This document shows, piece by piece, positions 8,122 through 14,909 of a stretch of 24,892 nucleotides of DNA. The DNA comes from Pyrinomonadaceae bacterium. GTDB taxonomy: Bacteria > Acidobacteriota > Blastocatellia > Pyrinomonadales > Pyrinomonadaceae. Within the stretch, counting starts at the first letter, position 1; the number at the start of each line of letters is the position of its first letter. Below the pieces are notes generated by a model. The model did not search any database and was not told the DNA's origin. It worked only from the letters and a program-made list of their open reading frames with translations. Both the position numbers and the translations under genes were made by a program. Location of the stretch: assembly GCA_035697925.1 (NCBI GenBank), contig DASSCG010000354.1, positions 1 to 24,892 on the forward strand, written 5' to 3'.

Positions 8122-9246
8122 TTAAGGAAGTGAAGAAATCAGATGGTCCATGTCGTCAAGCGTATTGTAGAGGTGAGGGGACACTCGCAACCGATCACCC
8201 CGGGGAGCGGTGATGATTCCGCGGGCTTTCAAATGCCCGTAAAGATGCATTGAACTTAGATCGCCTCTATGGCGGATACATAGGATGTGAGATTTTTCTG
8301 AGGCCGTACGAGAACTGACAATCTCGTAGTCTTGACCTTCAAGACGTTCGCACACATAGTCCGTAAGTTTTTCGAGGTGGTCATTTATCCGGCCCACCCC
8401 CGTTTCGAGGAGAAGTTTCAGACTTGCCTCCAATCCATGAATCAATGCTGATGGACCTGTCCCAGTCTCCCAAGCTAACGCGCCACGATTCCATCCTTGT
8501 TCGAAGTTTTGGTAATCCTCGGGATCGGGAACGCTGACCCATCCAACCAGCGTCGGTTGGATCCGTTCCCGAGCGCGGTCTGATAGGTAGAGAAGACCGA
8601 CACCCTCTGGACTAAGTAGCCATTTATGTCCTGCAGCCGCAGCCACGTCGATCAATTCCGCCTCAACGTCAGTGGGAACAACTCCCATAGCTTGGATTAC
8701 GTCCACAACAAGAAGAGCGTTATGCGCTCGAGCTGCTCGTCCGATTCGTTCCAGGTCGGCGCGAAACCCCGAGGCGTACTGGACGTGACTGATCGCTACC
8801 AGACGCGTCCTTCTATCAATCAGTGAAATTAGCTCGGTGAGATCAATTCGACCGTTTCGTTCCCCGCACATGCGCACCTCTACTCCAAGGTCGTCCCGCA
8901 GACGCAGCCAAGGGTAGATATTCGACGGGAACTCGTTTCGAAAAGTGACCAGGTTGTCCCCAGAAGACCAGCTCAGGCCATTGGCTACTGTCGACAGCCC
9001 GTCGGAAGTGTTGCGCATGAATGCAATTTGTTCAGGGCGCGCGCCGATCATCTTAGCGGCCAAGCCTCTGGCGCGTTCCTTGACGGCAACCCAACTGCGG
9101 TAGTTTGATGAACCGTTTTCAGCTACATCTCGCAGTTGTGATTGAACAGCGTCTACTGTTGGTGTTGGCAGAGGTGAAACTGCAGCGTGGTTTAAATAAA
9201 CAGCGCGCTCCGTAATGGGAAAGAGCGCGCGTAGTTGATTATTCAT
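8122..9246 (-). CDS. Class V PLP-dependent aminotransferase-family enzyme (not a canonical cysteine desulfurase)
   Basis: 374 aa with YLNHAAVSP, NEFPSN, LVVDVIQ, PLP-lysine motif AAGHKWLLSPEG and C-terminal LRVSPHLYN. It lacks the RxGxHC (SufS) and SSGSAC (IscS) catalytic-Cys motifs. Confidence 0.88.
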   Translation of the reverse strand: MNNQLRALFPITERAVYLNHAAVSPLPTPTVDAVQSQLRDVAENGSSNYRSWVAVKERARGLAAKMIGARPEQIAFMRNTSDGLSTVANGLSWSSGDNLVTFRNEFPSNIYPWLRLRDDLGVEVRMCGERNGRIDLTELISLIDRRTRLVAISHVQYASGFRADLERIGRAARAHNALLVVDVIQAMGVVPTDVEAELIDVAAAAGHKWLLSPEGVGLLYLSDRARERIQPTLVGWVSVPDPEDYQNFEQGWNRGALAWETGTGPSALIHGLEASLKLLLETGVGRINDHLEKLTDYVCERLEGQDYEIVSSRTASEKSHILCIRHRGDLSSMHLYGHLKARGIITAPRGDRLRVSPHLYNTLDDMDHLISSLP

Positions 9247-9286
9247 TGCGGCTTAGAGTTTTAAACTTATTTTTGCAAGTAGGATG

Positions 9287-9835
9287 TCAGGCATTAGGGG
9301 CGTAAGGCCGCCCATAGAACTCCTTATATAACCAGCCAAGTACACGGGCTTCAGCCGTGCACAGTGTTTCAACCCAACAGTTGACCAGAAAGTCGTTCCG
9401 TCCGCGCTGAGTAGGAATCTTGTTGGCCTCGGCAACAATTGAAGTCGTAGCTCCGAGGTCCAGGCCATATGCCTCCGAAACGGCTTCGTTAGCTTTTGAG
9501 GCCGAGTCGAGCGCATTGATCAGCTGCCCAATCCAGGAGTGAAGACTGCGTTCCGTGGTGTTCTCGCCCAGAGCCTGGATAATCCCAATTGCCAGACGAT
9601 CCTCAGCCCGGCTAAACACGAATATTTCTTCGTTATTCTGGCGGCTTAGTTCCTGTTTCCATTGAAAGACCTCTTCAACCCGCGGGTGCTTAATTATTGC
9701 CACACGACTGTCATAATCGAGAAACCACTGGATGACGTCAGGAACAGAGTCTACGTCAACGTGGCCGCTAGCATCGCGCAGGAGCGGTGGGTGACTTACT
9801 TGATCGCCATTTTGCTTAGACTCTGGAACAGACAT
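9287..9835 (-). CDS. Hypothetical protein (182 aa, probably helical, cytoplasmic)
   Basis: Long ORF packed 7 nt after the asparaginase stop and 40 nt before the aminotransferase start, with a GAGGA RBS. No motif recognised. Confidence 0.75.
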   Translation of the reverse strand: MSVPESKQNGDQVSHPPLLRDASGHVDVDSVPDVIQWFLDYDSRVAIIKHPRVEEVFQWKQELSRQNNEEIFVFSRAEDRLAIGIIQALGENTTERSLHSWIGQLINALDSASKANEAVSEAYGLDLGATTSIVAEANKIPTQRGRNDFLVNCWVETLCTAEARVLGWLYKEFYGRPYAPNA

Positions 9836-9842
9836 TCGTTCC

Positions 9843-10931
9843 TCACTTTATTTCGCGATTCAGCTTAAACTCTGCTCTAACTTCTCCGACAACTTCCCCA
9901 TTACGATTTCTCACTGGGAAAAATGCGTATTTTGAAACCGCCTCAAGTGCTTCATCATTGAGCACGCCAAGCTGATTGAGTGACTCAATGACGACGGTTG
10001 GCCTTGCACGGTGGTCATCTCCGTCCTCAATTTTGAGAGCAAGCCCTAGCCCATTAGGCCATTCTTTACAGGGCAACACGCCTGCTGTGTAAACACCTTC
10101 GGCGCCAACCTTAGATACCAAGCTACCCGCTGTGGCGCGCATCATCTCAGTGTCGAGCCTGTCAGAGTTGCCACCAACGAGTTCGGGGTAGGTGGTCATC
10201 GCTGAAACAATCCTTTTGCAAGCTGCCGCAATTTTCCCGTCAAAAGTTTGAGGAGGCGAAATCAGCCGCGCGTACATCAAAGCCATGGCCTTTACGGTCA
10301 CACCAAAAACCGGCACGCCGCATCCATCTACACCAACTGAGAGGTCCTCCGTAAGAATCTCAGAAAACTGAGAGACGACACGAGCTATTTCCAACTGCAC
10401 GGGATTGCTTGCCTCGTCGTATGTCTCGGTAGGTGCGCCCAGATGTAAAGCTACGGCCAACATGCCAGCATGCTTTCCTGAACAGTTGTTCTGGAGGACA
10501 TTTGGCTGCTGGCCTCGCGCGCGCAATGTTTTCGCCACTTCCGGGCTGAAAGGTTCATGTTTGCCGCATTTCAAAGAATCCGGACCCAATCCAATCTTCC
10601 TTAGCATCGAGGCGGCAACTTCAGTATGAATGGCCTCGCCGCTATGGGATCCACAGGCAAGTGCAATCTCTTCCTCGTTAAATCCAAAATGGTCAGCAGC
10701 CCCTGAGGCAATCAAAGGTATAGCCTGATGTGGTTTAGCCGAAGATCGGAGGAATGTGACTGTTTCAGGGGCTCCCAGGAGGGCAACAATCTTCCCGCCA
10801 GGCTCTACTGCCACAATGTGACCTCTATGCCTGGATTCAGTAATGGCTCCACGCGTGACCTGAACCAGGGGCTCGGGAACCGGAATCTCTTGAGCACTGC
10901 TGGCGGCGCTCTTTAGCTGGGACACCTGCAT
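9843..10931 (-). CDS. L-asparaginase II family (Rhizobium-type, class 3)
   Basis: 362 aa with ESRHRGHIVAV, RSSAKP (Ser-Lys pair), ACGSHSG, NNCSGKHAG, DGCG and SKVGAEG, the conserved catalytic and Zn-site motifs of the Asparaginase_II family. Confidence 0.9.
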   Translation of the reverse strand: MQVSQLKSAASSAQEIPVPEPLVQVTRGAITESRHRGHIVAVEPGGKIVALLGAPETVTFLRSSAKPHQAIPLIASGAADHFGFNEEEIALACGSHSGEAIHTEVAASMLRKIGLGPDSLKCGKHEPFSPEVAKTLRARGQQPNVLQNNCSGKHAGMLAVALHLGAPTETYDEASNPVQLEIARVVSQFSEILTEDLSVGVDGCGVPVFGVTVKAMALMYARLISPPQTFDGKIAAACKRIVSAMTTYPELVGGNSDRLDTEMMRATAGSLVSKVGAEGVYTAGVLPCKEWPNGLGLALKIEDGDDHRARPTVVIESLNQLGVLNDEALEAVSKYAFFPVRNRNGEVVGEVRAEFKLNREIK

Positions 10932-10973
10932 TAGGCTAACCCTCGCGGAATGTGATTTGGAACTGGGACGGCC

Positions 10974-10982
10974 ATCTTAGCA
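10974..10982 (-). promoter_or_regulatory. Putative extended -10 element for the asparaginase unit (TGcTAAGAT)
   Basis: TG-N-TAnnnT on the minus strand, 42 nt upstream of ATG 10931 and just downstream of the 3D-gene terminator. Confidence 0.45.
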
Positions 10983-11016
10983 TAGGCCTCAGCCGCCAGG
11001 ACTTGACGAGAATTAC

Positions 11017-11046
11017 AAAAAAAAGGCGAAGGATTGCTCCCTCGCC
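11017..11046 (-). terminator. Rho-independent terminator of the 3D-domain gene
   Basis: Minus strand GGCGAGGGA-GCAA-TCCTTCGCC followed by 8 T: a 9-bp stem (one G-U), GNRA loop and U-tract. Confidence 0.9.
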
Positions 11047-11069
11047 CTGAACATTACGTTGTTATAAAA

Positions 11070-11612
11070 CTAGCCTTGTACTCGCCTCTTTGCTGCGGCG
11101 CGCTTTCCACCGTAGCTTAGGACTGTCAGTTTAACTGTACGGCGACCGAATCTCATGGCCTCGCGCGTACTAGGCGTCCAAATGTCGATTTTGCGACCTT
11201 TGATCGCGCCTCCCGTATCGGCTACGAGATACTCACCGCTCCAAGGCCCTGCCTGAAGGTGAACTCGCGACCCGAGCGGGAGAACCCTCGGATCAGCCGC
11301 AATGATGCCCTGGCTAACCAACTTGCCACTGGCGGTACGGCCTCTGAGGCTGTAAGCGGTGGCAATATACGAGACCGGCGGCTCAACGGCGGTTTGTGCC
11401 GGTAGTGATTCTACGATTTTGCCGGCAGGCGTTTCAGACAGGACCTTTCCCGCTGAGTCGCCTGGAACTTGGGTTTTGGCTGTTGTGGGTTGTTGAAGTG
11501 ATTGTTGTGGTTGAACCGCGGTTTCTGCAACCGATGGCGTAGCCGCAACGAGGAGTAAAGCTGAAAGGAGCGCGGCGGCTGCGATAGCGCTTCCGCCAAA
11601 GAGGGATTTCAT
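11070..11612 (-). CDS. Secreted 3D (Asp-Asp-Asp) domain cell-wall protein
   Basis: 180 aa with a signal peptide and Gln/Pro-rich linker, then ATAYS...TASG...IAADPRVLPLGS...VADTGGAIKGRKIDIW (all three Asp present) and a basic tail. AGGAG RBS at 11623-11627. Confidence 0.93.
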   Translation of the reverse strand: MKSLFGGSAIAAAALLSALLLVAATPSVAETAVQPQQSLQQPTTAKTQVPGDSAGKVLSETPAGKIVESLPAQTAVEPPVSYIATAYSLRGRTASGKLVSQGIIAADPRVLPLGSRVHLQAGPWSGEYLVADTGGAIKGRKIDIWTPSTREAMRFGRRTVKLTVLSYGGKRAAAKRRVQG

Positions 11613-11646
11613 ATAATCGGGTCTCCTACCGAAGTTGATTACCTAC

Positions 11647-11763
11647 CTTTCAGCGCGCCGCGCGAGTCCGTTCTTTCCTATTACTCGACCTTCGGCTCTA
11701 GGAGTCTTACAAGACATGTCAGCCGAAGTTGGGGGCTTGCATCCTTGATGCAGGCGCTGAAAG
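11647..11763 (-). ncRNA. Candidate structured cis-regulatory RNA (riboswitch-like) in the 3D-gene 5' leader
   Basis: 10-bp closing stem plus three internal stems, a possible pseudoknot, and an alternative anti-SD helix (see findings). Read by eye only. Confidence 0.55.
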
Positions 11764-11792
11764 AAACCAGTGAGGCTATAACAAGCAGAATG

Positions 11793-11801
11793 AGGCTAGC
11801 A
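11793..11801 (-). promoter_or_regulatory. Putative extended -10 element for the 3D gene (TGcTAGCCT)
   Basis: TG-N-TAnnnT about 30 nt upstream of the structured leader, which would place the leader inside the transcript. Confidence 0.4.
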
Positions 11802-11963
11802 TACCAGGGTTGGAGCGTCTAGCTGAGGCTTGGCCGGAACAGAAGATTCGATAGCTGGCGGGTGGTAAGTTAAGAAATAGTTGAAGTTAAAAATAGAAAA
11901 AAGTGATCGCCCCGGGGCTCTAAATCGTATCGAAATTTGGGTCCGTGACGAGCCGGGAACGCA

Positions 11964-12024
11964 CTGGAAAGCTGGAAGCCTGGTTCCTGGAAGCCGATCG
12001 CTGGGCTTCCAAAAACGAGGAAGC
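11964..12024. repeat. Short CTGGAA(G) repeat cluster with an 8-bp hairpin downstream of the GATase gene
   Basis: CTGGAAA, CTGGAAGCC and CTGGAAGCC units. Stem TGGAAGCC (11988-11995) / GGCTTCCA (12004-12011). No U-tract in the sense direction of the operon. Confidence 0.45.
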
Positions 12025-12648
12025 TCATAGAGCCAGGAAATTTTCGATTACGCTCTTGCCGGCGGGGAATTCTTCGTTAAAAAGTTCGGGATGAAACTGA
12101 ACTCCAAACAATGGGCGGTTTTTGTGCTGCATCGCCTGGATTTTACAAACTTCGTTAGAGGCAGTGCATTTGAACCCATCCGGAATTTCCTTCACCTCGT
12201 CACAATGCGAGTGCCAGACGGTAATCCTATTCGGCAAGTCCTTGAAAATTCCATTGCCGTTAGTTTCGACCTCGAAATAACCTCGCTCCCTTTTGGCGCC
12301 CTCATAGCCCTTGCCAGGCCCTAAACGCTCCATTAAGTCGATTGGGGCTCCATAAGAGAGAGCAATCTGTTGGTGACCCCCACAAACGCCTAGCATTGGT
12401 TGCGAGGCTTTATGGATAACCTCAAACACTCCAACTAGTGATTCCGAGGAATAATCTGCCCAAGGGTTGCTCTGGCCGCTAAGGATGATATGTGACGGAT
12501 TGAGCCGGCGGACCCTTTCCAGCGAAACCTCGCGGAAAGGTTCGGTTAAGATCTCCGCCTCAGGGCGTAATCGGCCGAGGACCGCCCGTAACTCCCTCGG
12601 GCTCTCGCCGCGGCCATCGATCGTGTTGTCGACTAGATAAATCAGCAT
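12025..12648 (-). CDS. Stand-alone class I glutamine amidotransferase-like protein
   Basis: 207 aa with IILSGQ, nucleophile elbow LGVCGGHQ, VWHSHCDEV and GVQFHPE (Cys-His-Glu triad intact). It resembles the GuaA GAT domain but has no synthase domain. Confidence 0.88.
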   Translation of the reverse strand: MLIYLVDNTIDGRGESPRELRAVLGRLRPEAEILTEPFREVSLERVRRLNPSHIILSGQSNPWADYSSESLVGVFEVIHKASQPMLGVCGGHQQIALSYGAPIDLMERLGPGKGYEGAKRERGYFEVETNGNGIFKDLPNRITVWHSHCDEVKEIPDGFKCTASNEVCKIQAMQHKNRPLFGVQFHPELFNEEFPAGKSVIENFLAL

Positions 12649-12674
12649 TCCAGGGAAAATGACCCATTAAGCTC

Positions 12675-13913
12675 TCAGCCCAGACAGAAAAGCTTTCCGT
12701 TAAATGCCCCAATATAAATGCGGCCACCCAGAATTGCCGGAGTTGCGTTGACGTTTTCGCCAATCTTAAGTTCCCAAAGTCGTTGACCATCCTCCGCGGA
12801 AAGCATGTATAGCCACCCTGCCTTATCACCAAACACGACGCGGCCATCGACTACGGGCGATGTGCCCCAGATCGGACCCCGGACCTGGTGCTGCCAGATA
12901 ACCTCACCTTTTTCAGAGGACAAGCAATAAAGCAAGCCATTATTCGATCCGATGTAAACTCGACTACCTTTGACAATGGGACTTGCCCAAAAACCGCTGC
13001 GTTCCTTATAGATTCTACTTAGTCCACCGTCTGCCTTGAACTTCCAAGATAACTGGCCGTCCGCCTGGCTAAAACAGTAGACATACCCGTCTTCGGCGGC
13101 GGTATACACAAATCCATTTGCCACTGCGGGGGTCGAATTTGAATCAGCTCCTATAGTGGCTTTCCACAGAACCGACCCATCAGTTAGAGCGAGACAATAC
13201 AAATCTCCTTGCTCTGTACCGATGTAGACACGGCCCGCGACCACGGAAAAGCTTCCCTCCATCGAACCCAAACGCGCGGTCTTGTATTCGAGAGTGCCAT
13301 CCTCGAGCTTGAGACAATAGAAATAACCGTCTTCGCCGCCAAAGTATATCCGCCCATCAATTATGGCTGGCGAGCTGTCTACTTCAAACCCAGTCTTATA
13401 CTTCCAAATGAGTGAACCATCGTTTACATCCAGGCAATAGATGTAATGATCGAGACCACTGGCAATCAGGCGATTCCCGGCAATTGTTGGTGTTGTTTTC
13501 AAGCTGTCGGCGGCTTTAAAACTCCAGAGGAGGCGGCCATCCTGGTTATCCAGGCAATAGACATAACCATCCGCGGAACCAAAGAAAACGCGTTGACCCG
13601 AAACGGATGGTTGTCCGGGCCAACTTGATCCTCCCCAACCCTCTTTATGCAAACGGCCTGAAATCAGCTCCGTTTCAAACTCCCAAATTACCGCCGGTGG
13701 GCGATCCGGCCACGGGCCCGACCCATAAAAGTTACGAGCCGGAGTGCCGAGCCACATGGGAAGTGAGGTAGGGGGAACCTGCTCATTCGCCGCCAAGCGA
13801 GGTTCCGCCTCGGTTTGTTTAACGACATTGCTTCCACAACCCGCGGATGACAGACCAATCCAAAGGATCAGGAGACAAGCGTAGCTTCTATTTGTCGGGA
13901 AGGCGGAGAGCAT
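12675..13913 (-). CDS. PQQ-like (BamB-type) 8-bladed beta-propeller lipoprotein
   Basis: 412 aa with a lipobox-like LSSAGC. About 8 repeats of the form SP.v.dG.vyfG..dG.lYCl...dG...W.f. Confidence 0.88.
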   Translation of the reverse strand: MLSAFPTNRSYACLLILWIGLSSAGCGSNVVKQTEAEPRLAANEQVPPTSLPMWLGTPARNFYGSGPWPDRPPAVIWEFETELISGRLHKEGWGGSSWPGQPSVSGQRVFFGSADGYVYCLDNQDGRLLWSFKAADSLKTTPTIAGNRLIASGLDHYIYCLDVNDGSLIWKYKTGFEVDSSPAIIDGRIYFGGEDGYFYCLKLEDGTLEYKTARLGSMEGSFSVVAGRVYIGTEQGDLYCLALTDGSVLWKATIGADSNSTPAVANGFVYTAAEDGYVYCFSQADGQLSWKFKADGGLSRIYKERSGFWASPIVKGSRVYIGSNNGLLYCLSSEKGEVIWQHQVRGPIWGTSPVVDGRVVFGDKAGWLYMLSAEDGQRLWELKIGENVNATPAILGGRIYIGAFNGKLFCLG

Positions 13914-14035
13914 GGGGCAATTCTTTTTGTTCTAAGTTTACTGCGAACTCGCCAGAGAGTATCAAAATGTGGGCCGAATCGAAATGGTTCGGCAGATAGC
14001 AGCTTAAGCGCAATCAAGCCCAAGAATACCGGTTG

Positions 14036-14902
14036 TTAAGTTACCACAGATGCCAGCCATGCGCCTTCATAGACCAACTCTGCGGGCGCATTGATTACCA
14101 CTTCTCCGTCCTCACGCCATTGAATTTTCGCGGTGCCGCCTACCATTTGCACATCTATGGAGCGCTCCGTTTTTCCGCCAACCATCGACGCTACAGCAGC
14201 TGCACATGAACACGTGCCTGAGGCGGTAGTTTCTCCCACGCCCCGCTCCCAAATGCGAAGTTCTATTGTGTGTCGATCTTTCACGCGAATAAACACAACG
14301 TTCGTACGATCGGGAAACTGTTTATGGTTTTCTATTTTCTTTCCTAAGCCTCGCCAGTCGAGCGACTCGAAGCTGTCAACAAAAATACAGCAATTTGGAT
14401 TTCCCATTTGGAGAGCTGTTACGTCAAGCAGATCTCCATTCACGGCGAGAGGGTAGTCGATCACTTTCTCCAATGGTCGGTCGGTAACCATTGGGATGAC
14501 ATCACTGGCTAACCCTGGTTGGCCCAGCTCCGAATCGAACAGATACTTGCCGGGCTCGGAATTCCGGACTAAGAAATAACGCTTAATCCCCGAACGAGTA
14601 CTCAAGCGAAGTTCTTCGCCACTCCAGAGTTTTTTATAGTGAACGTAGGCGGCGGCGCAGCGCGTGCCATTTCCCGAGAGACCAGCTTCGCTGCCATCCG
14701 GATTGAAGATCCGTACTAGAAAGTCTGCCTCTGCAGGCGTGTCTTTACCAACCACGGCGATACCATCGGCGCCGGCTCCGTAATGCCGGTTGCAGATACG
14801 TCGAGCAAAGTCGCCCCAGTCGGTAAGGTCTTTAAGTTCATCCGACTCTATAACGATATAGTCATTACCAAAGCCGTGAAACTTAATGAAACGGATTGCC
14901 AT
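14036..14902 (-). CDS. dapF: Diaminopimelate epimerase, Ser/Ser active-site variant
   Basis: 288 aa with FIKFHGFGNDY, RHYGAGADG, NPDGSEA..SGNGTRC, MGNPNC, FPDRTNV and WERGVGET.ASGT. The DapF fold is clear, but both catalytic Cys positions are Ser. Confidence 0.9.
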   Translation of the reverse strand: MAIRFIKFHGFGNDYIVIESDELKDLTDWGDFARRICNRHYGAGADGIAVVGKDTPAEADFLVRIFNPDGSEAGLSGNGTRCAAAYVHYKKLWSGEELRLSTRSGIKRYFLVRNSEPGKYLFDSELGQPGLASDVIPMVTDRPLEKVIDYPLAVNGDLLDVTALQMGNPNCCIFVDSFESLDWRGLGKKIENHKQFPDRTNVVFIRVKDRHTIELRIWERGVGETTASGTCSCAAAVASMVGGKTERSIDVQMVGGTAKIQWREDGEVVINAPAELVYEGAWLASVVT

Positions 14903-14909
14903 TTGTGGT

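Noticed and set aside
7884-8213. Small ORFs 7884-8105 (-) and 8031-8213 (+) in the convergent gap
   Set aside because: They have no RBS and no recognisable composition or motif. The single CPNC is insufficient evidence.
8122-9246. Annotation as cysteine desulfurase (sufS/iscS)
   Set aside because: It has no RxGxHC or SSGSAC catalytic-cysteine motif and no suf/isc neighbours.
11647-11763. Assignment of the 3D leader to the c-di-AMP (ydaO), c-di-GMP-I, glycine or SAM-I riboswitch
   Set aside because: The hallmark cores (for example GUCAGCUAAC for ydaO, the GCAAA/GAAA tetraloop-receptor layout for c-di-GMP-I, CUCUCAGG for glycine, AUC...GAU plus kink-turn for SAM-I) are not recognisable. Only isolated fragments such as GCCGAAGG match. 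cmscan is needed to be sure.
11988-12015. Intrinsic terminator for the envelope operon
   Set aside because: The T-run lies on the 5' side of the hairpin in the operon's direction, not after it. It is kept only as a repeat/hairpin.
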